64,000 bases of DNA from Candidatus Latescibacterota bacterium (lineage in GTDB: Bacteria; Latescibacterota; UBA2968; UBA8231). The stretch spans positions 352,001 to 416,000 of the forward strand of contig CBDCXV010000010.1 of NCBI GenBank assembly GCA_965223905.1, written 5' to 3'. Below, piece after piece: positions 10,385-20,924 of this stretch. Position 1 is the stretch's first letter; each line of letters starts with the position of its first letter. The translations under genes and the position numbers were made by a program. Under the pieces are notes generated by a model. The model did not search any database. It worked only from the letters and a program-made list of their open reading frames with translations, and was not told the DNA's origin.

Positions 10385-10974
10385 CACTGAACACGAAAAA
10401 TGTCATCTGGATCCTGGCTGGAATCCTCTTTGCGCTCGCAAGCATCTGGATTCACTACCTCGTCAAGGTCGAGATGGCGCCGGGTGGTCATGCCTCCACA
10501 GGCGAACTCGGGGACCTCCAGGTAGGCGGCGAGTCGCCGGACTTTTCCGGAACCGATCTGCAAGGACGACAGGTAGCGCTCTCGGAATTTCGCGATCGCA
10601 AGGTGGTCGTGCTGGATTTCTGGGCGACCTGGTGTGGCCCTTGCCTGATGGCGATGCCGGCTCTTCAAGAACTGTCCGATGAATTCGGGGCGCATGACGT
10701 GGAGGTTCTCGCTGTAAACATCCGGGAGAACCCCGAGCGCGTCCGGGATTTTATTGAACGGAAGGGCTATACCTTCCGGGTGGTGATGGATCGGGATGGC
10801 GCTATCGGCGATCGATTCGGGGTAACTGCCATTCCCGTGCTTGTGGTGGTGGGTGCCGATGGCCGCGTCGAGTGGATCAAGCTTGGTTACAGCCCGAAAA
10901 ACGATGATGGGCTGCGGGAGTTGCTGGTGCGTCTGAGGGCGGAGAGTCAGTCCGTCGGGTCGGCTACAATGTGA
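10381..10974 (+). CDS. TlpA/ResA-like thiol-disulfide oxidoreductase
   Basis: N-terminal TM helix; [10 protein letters not shown]. Confidence 0.9.
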   Translation: MTLNTKNVIWILAGILFALASIWIHYLVKVEMAPGGHASTGELGDLQVGGESPDFSGTDLQGRQVALSEFRDRKVVVLDFWATWCGPCLMAMPALQELSDEFGAHDVEVLAVNIRENPERVRDFIERKGYTFRVVMDRDGAIGDRFGVTAIPVLVVVGADGRVEWIKLGYSPKNDDGLRELLVRLRAESQSVGSATM

Positions 10975-10984
10975 GAGTGGGGGT

Positions 10985-11896
10985 ATGAGCGTCATTCGCA
11001 CCGAGAATCTGGGAAAGACCTACAAGGGGGGCACGGCCGCTCTGCGGGGGCTCGATCTCGAGGTGAACGCCGGCGAGGTGTTTGGCTTTCTCGGGCCCAA
11101 CGGCGCCGGTAAGTCTACGACCATTCAGCTGCTACTGAATTTCATCCGGCCCAGCTCGGGGACGGCCTATCTGTTTGATCAACCCGTTGCCTGCACGCGG
11201 ACCCGGCAAAGGCTCGGTTACCTGCCCGAGTCTGTAAACCTGCACAGCTACTACAGCGGCCAGCGCCTGCTCGAATTCTACGGCGGGCTGCTGGGGATCC
11301 AACGGGCAGACCGTTCACGGCGGGCCGCGGAGCTGCTCGAACGCGTGGGGCTGGTGGAGGCGGCTGGTCAGACGATTTCGAACTACTCCCAGGGTATGAC
11401 GCAGCGTCTGGGGCTGGCGCAGGCGCTGCTCAACGATCCCGAGCTGCTGATTCTCGATGAGCCCACCTCCAATCTCGACCCGGTCGCGCGACGGGATTTC
11501 CGCGATATTCTGCTGGAGCACAAGTCGAGTGGAAAAACGGTGTTCATTTGTTCGCACATCCTCTCCGAAGTCGAATCGGTGTGCGACCGGGTGGCAATTC
11601 TGCAACAGGGCGAGCTGAAAAAGGTAGGGACCTTGGAGGAGTTGTCTGCCGCCAAGGGGTCGAGGATCGTGGTCAGGGATCTGCCGACGCGGGCCATAGA
11701 GGCGTTGTCCGCCACGGCTGCGCGAATGACGATAGAAGGGGGAGTAACCACCATCGAGTGTGACGACGAGGCGGTGCGTCGCGACGTGGATCGCGTGTTG
11801 GCACAGGGCGGCGTAGGTGTCGAACGCGTCGAAACCGAGACGCAGTCGCTGGAGGAGATCTTCTTCGGCGTCATCGGCCGGGAGGGGGCGTCATGA
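10985..11896 (+). CDS. ABC transporter ATP-binding protein
   Basis: GPNGAGKST, YSQGM, LILDEP and SH motifs. Confidence 0.95.
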   Translation: MSVIRTENLGKTYKGGTAALRGLDLEVNAGEVFGFLGPNGAGKSTTIQLLLNFIRPSSGTAYLFDQPVACTRTRQRLGYLPESVNLHSYYSGQRLLEFYGGLLGIQRADRSRRAAELLERVGLVEAAGQTISNYSQGMTQRLGLAQALLNDPELLILDEPTSNLDPVARRDFRDILLEHKSSGKTVFICSHILSEVESVCDRVAILQQGELKKVGTLEELSAAKGSRIVVRDLPTRAIEALSATAARMTIEGGVTTIECDDEAVRRDVDRVLAQGGVGVERVETETQSLEEIFFGVIGREGAS

Positions 11897-12696
11897 GAGC
11901 CGTGCTCCTGATCGCTGCCGACAGCATCCGAGCTCTGCTGCATCAGCGTCTGCTGGTGGCGCTCATGCTGGTCACGCTGGGTTTGACCGTCGTGTTCTCG
12001 GTGCTGTTCACCGAAGCGAAGGACTTTTGGCTCCAGATGGGCGACGCCGCCGCCGCCGCGCAGGAGAGCGGCGAAAAGGAGGAAGCCCTGGGGCAGATGC
12101 GTCAGGGCATGGACATGATGGGATCCGTGTTCCTGTCGGGGTTCTACTGGTTCACCGCCCTTGGAGGTACACTGGTGGCGCTATTCATCTGCTCCACCGC
12201 GGTGACGACCGACCTCCGTCGTGGGACCATCCGCATCACCCTCTCAAAACCGGTGTCTCGAGCGCAGTTTCTCTTGGGCAAATACTGCGGTGCGGTCGCG
12301 GTCATGTTGTGCTACTCGATATTGATCGGCGTTGCCCTGGTGATCTTCGCCCACGCCAATCACCTGGACCTGAACCTGGCAACCCGCTACGCCCCCTGGC
12401 TCATGCTCTGCCACAATCTCATGGCCGGATCGGTGGCCATGCTCCTGTCGCTCCTGGTGCACCCCCTCATCGCCGCTGTTGTGGCCTACTTCGCCAGCGC
12501 CAGTTTCCTGTCGTCGCCCAATCCTCTCTATTTCATCCTGCCGAGCTACGATCGCTACAACGTCTTCATGCTCATCCTCGGGGGAAAGCTGATCGCCCTG
12601 GAGGACATCGTAATGCTCACGCTCTACGCCTTCGATGTTTCGGCGATCTTCCTGCTGCTGGCGCTGTGGCGGTTTCGTTCCAAGGAGCTGTTGTAG
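11893..12696 (+). CDS. ABC-2-type transporter permease
   Basis: Multiple TM helices; LSKPVSRAQFLLGKY; 4-bp overlap with the ATPase gene. Confidence 0.9.
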   Translation: MRAVLLIAADSIRALLHQRLLVALMLVTLGLTVVFSVLFTEAKDFWLQMGDAAAAAQESGEKEEALGQMRQGMDMMGSVFLSGFYWFTALGGTLVALFICSTAVTTDLRRGTIRITLSKPVSRAQFLLGKYCGAVAVMLCYSILIGVALVIFAHANHLDLNLATRYAPWLMLCHNLMAGSVAMLLSLLVHPLIAAVVAYFASASFLSSPNPLYFILPSYDRYNVFMLILGGKLIALEDIVMLTLYAFDVSAIFLLLALWRFRSKELL

Positions 12697-12715
12697 GCGG
12701 GCCCGGGGCCCTCGC

Positions 12716-12904
12716 ATGAACGTCAGACCTATACCTTCCCGCCTGACCCTACCGCTGCTAACTGCGGCTCTCGCGACCATCTACTATGGGTCGGCGCGAC
12801 TCGGCCTGTTGCTGGCATTTGAGAACACGAACGCGTCTCCGGTGTGGCCGCCCTCGGGCATCGCATTCGCAACCCTTCTGCTCTTCGGATATCGAAAAGT
12901 ATAG
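12716..12904 (+). pseudogene. N-terminal fragment of a MASE1-domain sensor, truncated by an ori end
   Basis: YYGSARLGLLLAF...SPVWPPSGIAFA; the stop comes from GTATAG of the element. Confidence 0.8.
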
Positions 12905-13867
12905 GTAAAATGAGGCACCTTTTTTGGACTCTCGGTCAAAGGCGGACAGCGCACCGCCAGGGTCAGGCAGCTCCCGGAGGATCGTTTGCCAATCCTTCGA
13001 CCGAGCTCGCAGTCCGGTCTGGTTGCCTGTAGGCCCGTATCCGCATCAATTCGGGGCCTGAGGGACCGTTGAGGGCACACCCGTCGCCGTACGCCCGGCG
13101 ACGGCGACGGGTCGAGAAGGCAGGTCAGGCGGCGAACTCGAACAGCGGCTCAGGCGGGGCCCTCGGCGGGGGCATCGCCGGCAGCCCTACCCCCTCCAGA
13201 CAGGTCCGGATCGAAGCCGGATCGGTCCGGGCGGCGATGATTCTCAGGCGACCGCCACAGGCCGCGCATTCGCTGAGGTCGGAGGAAAACACCCGCGCCA
13301 GCAGGGTCGCCCACCGCAGCCGATGGCCGCAGGACGCAGCGCTCGCCGAGCCGTCCGCCGCCGCCGACGGCTCGGCAACCGGCTGGGCCGGCACGATGCG
13401 CTCGCGGGCCCGGGCCCAGGGCGCCAGGACCCCGTGGTAGCGCAGGAGATGAAACCGGGGCGGGGGAACCAGAGCCGCCCGCTTCTCCAGCAGTTCCATC
13501 GGAGAGAGCAGAAGAGGGCGGGTCCCATCCGACCACGGCGTTTTGAGCGCGAAGGAAAGATGGTCGGCATCGAGAATGCGCAGACGCCCCCCCGCCAGGG
13601 CCCGGCCGGGCCACGTAGCGGCACAAGCGTTCGAGCCCGCGCCGGTCAGGGCCTGCGATCCGCGTTGCCGCAGGCAGGGAAAAGCCGCGCGAAGCAAAGC
13701 ACAAGGGCGCCGTACGCACCCCGGTGGCCGGATCTTTCAGGACCCGGCGCAGGCGTTGGCCGGCGCCTGCCCCGGTGGCGGTGAGCCCTCGCACCGAAGC
13801 CGCGGTGAGAGCCGCCAGCACCGGCTCCTCGTCGGCGAGCGGATCGGCTGCGGTGTCGTCGAGCAGG
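12899..13867 (-). mobile_element. IS91/ISCR-type element piece 3 (ori plus 3' part of the transposase)
   Basis: Same ori end; collinear with 6781-7744. Confidence 0.92.
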
Positions 13868-14440
13868 GCACCCACATAGACTATGGGATGCGTCCCCTGG
13901 CTCAATTTAATGTTTTCCCGCGGATTAAATACGAGACTGGTGGTTAGATCGGGCATACTTTCCGTTATGGTCGTGCCCCCTCCTCCTACACCAGGAGGTA
14001 TTTCAAATGTCATTACGTAATCATCGTAATATGGCAAATGCGCCCCATGCAATAGATATTCCACGCCTAGTACTTCTATATCGTCAATATTGTCATGGAG
14101 ATGCCTCGTATTGACAATTACATGAATTCTCTGCCAGTCGCCCTCATGTCTGTTCCACCAGTGATTGTAGGGATAGAAGTAGAGATATTGAATTACAGTG
14201 ATGTCTCCCAACATATCGTGATTGCTGATATCGTATACATACACGTAGGCTGTATTCGGGAAGTTATCGCCCGCGTGAGGTCCGTCGCCAAAGTACGTGC
14301 CATTCCATCCGGGGGTTATGAGGTAATCTGGTCCATCCGGAAAAGGATTCGGGACCTTTTTCCCTTCTGGTTTCACACCGGGATAATCAAAGTAAGGAAC
14401 TACTTTGTAAAAGCCATTTTTAAAACCAGGGGGAGCACCG
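13868..14440 (-). pseudogene. Lower-GC gene fragment with a QY..FYPYN...HEGDW motif (Vps62/NPP1-like), fused in frame to the transposase remnant
   Basis: VIQYLYFYPYNHWWNRHEGDWQRI...HPIVYVGA runs into LLDDTAADP. Confidence 0.55.
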
Positions 14441-14767
14441 ATGTATTCGAAGGGAGAGATCTCGGCGAAGGAGTTCCTGGCGAGAATGTCGAATACGGTT
14501 AACGCTATCGACCTCGTTTTGATCATGATCCGTGAAACGCTTAAACAAAAAGAAGGAGGTGAACGAGAAGGCTGTCAGCGGCTGGATGAGAAAGCCGGTA
14601 CGGGCTTACCAGAAGATCAAGGTGTGTGGGTGTCAGCTCAGCGAAGTCGCAATCGGCCGCGCGACGTCGCTACGGCAGCCCTGGCGAAATGTTCGTTCAG
14701 GATGTCTGGAAGGCTCTCGATAATGGCGAGATCATCGACGCGAAAAGTCGGATCGCGTTGCGGTGGC

Positions 14768-16924
14768 TCAGGAATCGGAACTCCCAATGCTGACCGGCTG
14801 TGTCGTCGGCCGAAGGGCCGTTGGAGTCATCTCCTTGTCCCAGCTGGCCAGCTGGGACATCATCTCGAACAGGTTTATCAGCGCCGCGAGCGATTCCACG
14901 CTCGCAGTCTCTTCCTTCTTCGACAACGGCACGGTGAAATCCCTGCACACCCTGATGAACTTCAGTTTTTTCGCTCTGGCGAACTCGCCATCTTTCTTAG
15001 AGTCTCCCACGAACACCACCTCTTCGGGTTTCAGCCCGTGGTCTTGTAGGATGGCGGTGATCTGTCTCCCTTTGTCAAACCCGGCTTTATAGCCAAACAC
15101 TCCATCTATCTGGTCCTGGAGTCCCGTCCGTGCCGCGTACTCCTCGACCAGCTCGACCCGAGTGCTGCTGCACACAAATGTGTTGAGCCCTTTTTGTTTC
15201 AAGTATGACAGGGTTGGGATGGCATCGCGGAACAGAGGCAGAGCAAAAATCCCATTACTCTTGCGCGCCTCGAACTGCTCCGCCACCTCTGCGTTCCTTT
15301 TGTGCTTTGGGAACATCTCCTCCACTTGGTCCGCAAACGGAAGCCCCGAGGTCTCCAAATACTGACTTCGGACTCTGGCCGCTGTGATGGAGTAATTCCG
15401 CGTGATCAATTCGGTAGCCAACTCGGTGAGGAAGGGCATCGTGTCGGCCAGAGTCCCGTCAAAGTCGAACACGACTGCCTTGACTCCCATGCCTGTAGCT
15501 GGGGTCACGGGTTGATAAGCTGAATCCTGGCGTTGGGACACGCCGTGACCCTTCGTCTGTCTCCACGAAAACAGCATCCGCCAGATAACGATGAGGTTCG
15601 TGTGCACCGCTGTGAGCGCCACTCCCAGCATCGCAAAGCCGGGGTGGAACCACGTCGCCAGCCCACAGCAGAAGAGCAAGAAGAGACGCACATCACGTCC
15701 TCGCCCTGCTGCGATCCATTTTCCCGTGTACTTGTGATTCAAGTTGACGACAGACTTAGCCGATGTATAGCTCACCATCAAATGGCCGACAATCGCCATC
15801 ACTGCGATGGCGAAGATCGCCACTGGATTCCACACGAGCCCGATGACCTCCCGGCCTCCGAGCTCCGACAGGGCATAGAAGGTGAGCCCGGCAAACATCA
15901 GACTATCTGCGTACCGATCGAGGACAGCGTCAAAGTAGTCCCCCATTTTGGATTGCAGATGCTTGAGCCGCGCAACTTCCCCATCACACCCGTCCAGAAT
16001 ACTGGAAAGCTGCATCACCACGGCGCCAGCGATCGCCTCGCCAGCGAAGAAGCACGCACTGCTCAAGGCGGCGACGACAAAGCTCACCACCGAAACTTGA
16101 TTAGGCGTAATAGCCGGGCAGAGCTTTAGAAGCAGAGGTGTGAGCAATCGGCTCGAAAGGGGCCGGTTTATGTAACGGGAAACCCAACCGTCAGCTGCTT
16201 TGGTCGACAGGTTCGACAACAGCTCGTGCTCGGCCTTGAAGAGCGCGGCCTCGTCGTCGACGTCCATCCAGAACCGCCCCTGTATGTCGAATGCCGCTAC
16301 CTTACCGCGATCAGCCAGGAGCTGGACAGCCCCCGACAGAGAGGTGTCGTCGCAGGCACGAATACAGGTCTTGATCGCCTTGAAAAGAGCGGGGGAGCAC
16401 AGGAAAATGCCTGCGTCGTACGCGTTGTACCGAGAAATTTGTTTGCCGATTTTGAGGATTCTTCCACCGTTGGCGAGTACGTTCGTCACATCATCCGGAT
16501 CCGCTCGGCCATTCGTGGCCAGGTCGTAATCTACTGCCAAGCGTACGTCGGCATTTCCCAGCGGCTCGCAGAGGAGTCTTTTGAGGATCTCCTCATCGAA
16601 GACGTGGTCTGCCATGAGCAAGACGAAATCGCCTTCCAGCAGATGGGCAGCCTTTAAAACCGACAGACCGTTTCCCTCTTGCCAGTCTTCGTTGATGACC
16701 GGCGTGATCCGCACGTTCATCTTCTGGCTCAGCTCGTCCAGAAAGGACCGAACCATCTCTCCTTGGTAACCCGTTACCACGTAGAGATCGGTCAGTCCAC
16801 TTCTGACTGCCGTACGAATTGTCCGTTCGACGAGCGGCATGCCCAGCAGGGGCACGAGCGGCTTTGAGGGCCCTCTGCGGGATAACCGGCTCCCCCTGCC
16901 GGCGGCGATAATGAGGCATTTCAT
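14768..16924 (-). CDS. Nucleotidyltransferase + CDP-alcohol phosphatidyltransferase (IPCT/DIPPS-like) + HAD phosphatase fusion, 718 aa
   Basis: IIAAGRGSRL..KPL; DGCDGEVAR...GDYFDAVLDRYAD; FDFDGTLADT...FVGDSKKD. Confidence 0.88.
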   Translation of the reverse strand: MKCLIIAAGRGSRLSRRGPSKPLVPLLGMPLVERTIRTAVRSGLTDLYVVTGYQGEMVRSFLDELSQKMNVRITPVINEDWQEGNGLSVLKAAHLLEGDFVLLMADHVFDEEILKRLLCEPLGNADVRLAVDYDLATNGRADPDDVTNVLANGGRILKIGKQISRYNAYDAGIFLCSPALFKAIKTCIRACDDTSLSGAVQLLADRGKVAAFDIQGRFWMDVDDEAALFKAEHELLSNLSTKAADGWVSRYINRPLSSRLLTPLLLKLCPAITPNQVSVVSFVVAALSSACFFAGEAIAGAVVMQLSSILDGCDGEVARLKHLQSKMGDYFDAVLDRYADSLMFAGLTFYALSELGGREVIGLVWNPVAIFAIAVMAIVGHLMVSYTSAKSVVNLNHKYTGKWIAAGRGRDVRLFLLFCCGLATWFHPGFAMLGVALTAVHTNLIVIWRMLFSWRQTKGHGVSQRQDSAYQPVTPATGMGVKAVVFDFDGTLADTMPFLTELATELITRNYSITAARVRSQYLETSGLPFADQVEEMFPKHKRNAEVAEQFEARKSNGIFALPLFRDAIPTLSYLKQKGLNTFVCSSTRVELVEEYAARTGLQDQIDGVFGYKAGFDKGRQITAILQDHGLKPEEVVFVGDSKKDGEFARAKKLKFIRVCRDFTVPLSKKEETASVESLAALINLFEMMSQLASWDKEMTPTALRPTTQPVSIGSSDS

Positions 16925-17041
16925 GTGTGGGACGAACTCCTCGCGTGCGGTCATTTTTCCTTTGACAGTTGAGGACAGAAGGGGCAATCTTGGGGGCGGA
17001 GACATGAAAGGGCGCAAAAACCCCCTTCACTAGCCTCCACC

Positions 17042-17093
17042 CGGTCGTTAGTCCGCGCCCCTCCCCGGTCAGCGACTAACGGCCGTTTTGTTT
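17042..17093 (+). terminator. Hairpin followed by a T-run
   Basis: CGGTCGTTAGTC ... GACTAACGGCCG then TTTTGTTT. Confidence 0.45.
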
Positions 17094-17577
17094 AGATTTC
17101 CGCGACGACCGAGACCACGGAGGCTCTCCTCGATCAAGAGCCCTCTCTCGGCGACGGCTGATCGCCCGAATAAAAACAAAATCCGCACGGGCCTTCCTCG
17201 GCAGCGCGGGCGTTTGGGTAGGCTAGGTGGTCTCGCTTATGACCGCGACCGGTCCTCTCGGTCGCTTAGCGAAGGCCCCCAGATATCAGATCCGGCAGCT
17301 ATTAGCCGGAACGCCTCGTTTCGAATACGCACCCTCTGGTGACGAAAACCGCCACAACCTGAGCCGAAGAAGCCACAGCTGTCTCCTCCGTTATCTGTCA
17401 CCTGGATAGCGGAGGAGGTAGCGTACTCTGTATCGGCTTTTGAGTTTACCAGACACTGCGCCCAGTCGAACGCTGGATGCCGTTGAAGGTTGAAATTAGA
17501 AAACACGCTCGGAGGCGTCAAGGGGGTCGTTTCGGTCCTGGGCTGAGACGCCAATCCCGCCCGTCAATATCAACATA

Positions 17578-17685
17578 ACTATCGAATATTATCTAACGTC
17601 AATTCGGATGGGTCTCCCCCTTCTTATCATGACTATCGAATATTATCTAACTTATCATGCGTCAATTCGGATGGGTCTCCCCCTT
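17578..17685. repeat. Scrambled short direct repeat (A-B-c-A-c-B)
   Basis: A=ACTATCGAATATTATCTAAC, B=GTCAATTCGGATGGGTCTCCCCC, c=TTATCATG, each twice. Confidence 0.85.
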
Positions 17686-17972
17686 GGTGCGACCGCAAGC
17701 TCAGCCGCCTAGCTGTTCGGGTTCGTCGCGTCCGTGAGCACGGAGCCTCTCGAAGCTGATGTCGCTCAGCAACTTTCAGAGGCTGACGAAATCTTCTGAG
17801 TGGCAGCTTGCAGGAACGATTCGACCTGAAGTTCAACGTCTATGATCCTTAAGGAATGGTCGTCGTTGGTGTTCACATCTTCCTCTCGTCCGTACGCCAA
17901 ATCACCCCGACCAGGAAGTACGGCAGGATCACAGCCTGAAACACTGGGCCGTCACGCCATCCCTGGATCCGT

Positions 17973-19040
17973 ATGAATAAGCCCAATGCAGTTGTCGTGG
18001 GTTACGGCTTCGCCGGCCGCTGCTTTCACGCCTACCTGGTTGGTATCACAGCAGATCTCAACCTGTACGGCGTCGTCTCCGGCCGTCCCGAGGCTCGCGA
18101 AGAAGTCCGCTCTCAGCTTGGCGTGAAAGCGTTCGAGCGTTTTGAAGAGGCTCTCGCCGATTCAAATGTCGACCTGGTTGTCCTCGCCACGCCCAACGAT
18201 ATCCACGCTCCGCAGGCCATAGCCGCCATGGAGGCTGGCAAGCACGTGGTCACGGACAAACCGATGTGTCTGAATCTACGAGAGGCAGACGATATGATCG
18301 CCGCCAGCCGCAGGACCGGACGTCTGCTCAGCATCTTTCAGAACCGGCGCTGGGATGGGGACTACCTCACTGTCCGGAAAGTGCTCGAGGAAGGCTTGAT
18401 CGGTGACCCGTACTACATCGAGATGGCATGGCAGCAGTACGGCCCTCCCCGGACCTGGCGCGGAGAAAGGCGGCGCGGCGGCGGCAAATTCGTGGATCTG
18501 GGAGCGCACATGATCGATCAAGCCCTCCAACTGATTCGCGCGTCCCTCGATCGGGTCTACGCCCGCTTTTTCTCGGAGGGGTGGCCGACCGAGGTGGAGG
18601 ACCACGCCCACTGTATTCTGAGTTTCGACAGCGGCGTCGATGTGCACGTTGTGACTTCGTCACTCACCACACACTCAAAGCCGAGATGGTACATATTGGG
18701 GACAAAGGGCGGACTCGTGAAGACGGGTCTGGATCCCCAGGAGAAGGCCATGGTCGCTGGAGATATCGACGCGGCCCGTGAGGATCCGGCCCACTATCCA
18801 CGGCTGTGGACGGCAGTCGCCGGGCAGCCGGCTGAGACCGTGATCGAACCCGTACCCGGACGGTGGCGGTCCTATTACGAGAATATCGCTGCAGCCATCC
18901 GAGGTACAGAGGAGCTGGCAGTCACCCCGGAAAGTGTCCGTGCCGTCATGGCTGTGTTGGAGGCGGCGCGCACATCAGTTGAGCGCGGTGAAGCAGTTTC
19001 GTTGGACGAAACAGCAGGCAGTAGCAGATCTGGCGCATAG
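17973..19040 (+). CDS. Gfo/Idh/MocA oxidoreductase (YdgJ/IolW-like)
   Basis: VVGYGFAG, VTDKPM, QNRRWDGD and DLGAHMID motifs. Confidence 0.9.
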   Translation: MNKPNAVVVGYGFAGRCFHAYLVGITADLNLYGVVSGRPEAREEVRSQLGVKAFERFEEALADSNVDLVVLATPNDIHAPQAIAAMEAGKHVVTDKPMCLNLREADDMIAASRRTGRLLSIFQNRRWDGDYLTVRKVLEEGLIGDPYYIEMAWQQYGPPRTWRGERRRGGGKFVDLGAHMIDQALQLIRASLDRVYARFFSEGWPTEVEDHAHCILSFDSGVDVHVVTSSLTTHSKPRWYILGTKGGLVKTGLDPQEKAMVAGDIDAAREDPAHYPRLWTAVAGQPAETVIEPVPGRWRSYYENIAAAIRGTEELAVTPESVRAVMAVLEAARTSVERGEAVSLDETAGSSRSGA

Positions 19041-19288
19041 CGCCACATTCCCGCATCACCATCAAGTATAGGTAAAATGAGGCACCTTTTTTGGACTCTC
19101 GGTCAAGGCGGACAGCGCACCGCCAGGGTCAGGCAGCTCCCGGAGGATCGTTTGCCAGTCCTTCGACCGAGCTCGCAGTACAGTTTGGTTGCCTGTCGGC
19201 CCGTATCCGGATCAATTCGGGGCCTGAGGGACCGTTGAGGGCACACCCCGCCGTACGCCCGGCGACGGCCACGGGTCGAGAAGGCAGG

Positions 19289-20044
19289 TCAGGCGGCGAA
19301 CTCGAACAGCGGCTCAGGCGGGGCCCTCGGCGGGGGCATCGCCGGCAGCCCTACCCCCTCCAGACAGGTCCGGATCGAAGCCGGATCGGTCCGGGCGGCG
19401 AGGATTCTCAGGCGACCGCCACAGGCCGCACATTCGCTGAGGTCGGAGGAAAACACCCGCGCCAGCAGGGTCGCCCACCGCAGCCGATGGCCGCAGGACG
19501 CAGGGCTCGCCGAGCCGTCCGCCGCCGACGGCTCGGCAACCGGCTTGGCCGGCACGATGCGCTCGCGGGCCCGGGGCCGGGGCGCCAGGACCCCGTGGTA
19601 GCGCAGGAGATGAAACCGGGGCGGGGGAACCAGAGCCGCCCGCTTCTCCAGCGTCTCGATGCGGATGTACGCCATCCCCTCCCCCTTCAGATGCTCGATG
19701 GCCGTCTCCACCAGTTTCAGCCCGATCCCCTTTCTCTGATGCCGCGGTAGCACAGCGTAGTTTGGAATCCCGCCTATTTTGGCTTCTTCGTCTACGCGGG
19801 TAGTGATGTAGCCCACCACCTCGCCGTCGACCTCAGCGACGAACATTCCGTCAGCATGCGCATCCACGTCCGCGTCGATATGCCGCTTCTTGCGCCAGCG
19901 CCAGCCGTGACCGGCGATCGGGCCGAACTCCTTCTCGATGTTCTGATCGATGGAGACACCGTCGAAGCAGATGGCGGTGATTTCTTTGACGATGTCGAGA
20001 TCGGCGTCGGTGCACTTCCTGTCGGTGCACTTCCTTATGTTCAT
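19289..20044 (-). CDS. GNAT acetyltransferase fused in frame to the transposase C-terminus (copy 1)
   Basis: VLPRHQRKGIG GNAT motif, then IETLE|KRAALVPPPRFHLLRYHG. Confidence 0.85.
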   Translation of the reverse strand: MNIRKCTDRKCTDADLDIVKEITAICFDGVSIDQNIEKEFGPIAGHGWRWRKKRHIDADVDAHADGMFVAEVDGEVVGYITTRVDEEAKIGGIPNYAVLPRHQRKGIGLKLVETAIEHLKGEGMAYIRIETLEKRAALVPPPRFHLLRYHGVLAPRPRARERIVPAKPVAEPSAADGSASPASCGHRLRWATLLARVFSSDLSECAACGGRLRILAARTDPASIRTCLEGVGLPAMPPPRAPPEPLFEFAA

Positions 20045-20062
20045 GTCGTTTTCCGCTCGCGC

Positions 20063-20417
20063 CTACTGCCTCTGCACCAGTTCGATCAGCAACCCGTCCG
20101 GATCCCTCGCGCATACGACGCCGCCGTTTTCGTACATGAACGGGTCCGACACGAATTCCACACCTCGTCCCTGCAGTTGCGCCACCGTATCTTTCAGATC
20201 GGCCACGAAGAAAGTGATCCAGCGAACGCCGGCAGAGAAATCCCCGGAGCCCGAGGCCGGCGGCGACTCGATCTGCATCAGCTTGAGCAGGGTGTCACCC
20301 GCTTGGAGCCGCACCTGGCGGAAACCGCTGGGCGCCAGCCCCACCTGTGTGGCCAGTTCCGCGGAGATCTCCAGCTCCACGGCGATCTCGAATCCAAGCT
20401 GATCGCGATAAAACTCC
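20063..20417 (-). pseudogene. VOC/glyoxalase gene, 5'-truncated copy
   Basis: Same as 23211-23565 but lacks the first ~21 codons. Confidence 0.85.
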
Positions 20418-20616
20418 GCGTCCTGAGAAGAAGGGACGATCGACAACGGCCCTGAGCTTGGATACCTTTCGCCGGCGCTACCTGCGCGTGCCCTCGCGTA
20501 GTACGTTCCACGGTCGGGCGGTCGGAGTGACCATCGCGCAAGCGATCGCCGCCCGCTGGTACCGTCTCTGGAGATTCCTTGCCACGCTCAAACCCGTCGA
20601 CATGATTACCGCATGA
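20418..20616 (+). pseudogene. Possible C-terminal remnant of an IS1380-like transposase
   Basis: LDTFRRRYLRVPSRSTFHGR resembles IS1380 C-termini; similarity judged by eye only. Confidence 0.35.
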
Positions 20617-20924
20617 CGCTTGGCCCGGGTCGGTCCATGTGATCGGCTCGCAACGCAGCGTCATCGAGGGCGCGTACAATTTCAAGAAAGGTCAGTAGGG
20701 TCAGGAGAGGACGGGTTTGCCTAAGAAGGAGACTATAGCAGACACTCTGCCTATGTGCTTATGCGAAATCGATCTTCGTAGCGGCGAGCTTCGCTTCATG
20801 GCACGTTGAATGAATAACAAGGGCTCAGGGGACAACCAACCCCCCGCAGAGTCCACCTTAACCCCGCTACCAGCTGTCCAAAGGATGGGGACCACCTCGT
20901 AGCAAACAGACAAGGGAGGCAATT

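Larger units (their letters stand above)
19066..20417 (-). mobile_element. Piece 4: composite of ori + transposase 3' end (19066-19652) + GNAT + truncated VOC gene
   Basis: Matches 22214-23565 by eye (constant offset 3148; identical ORF translations) but has different flanks. Confidence 0.92.
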
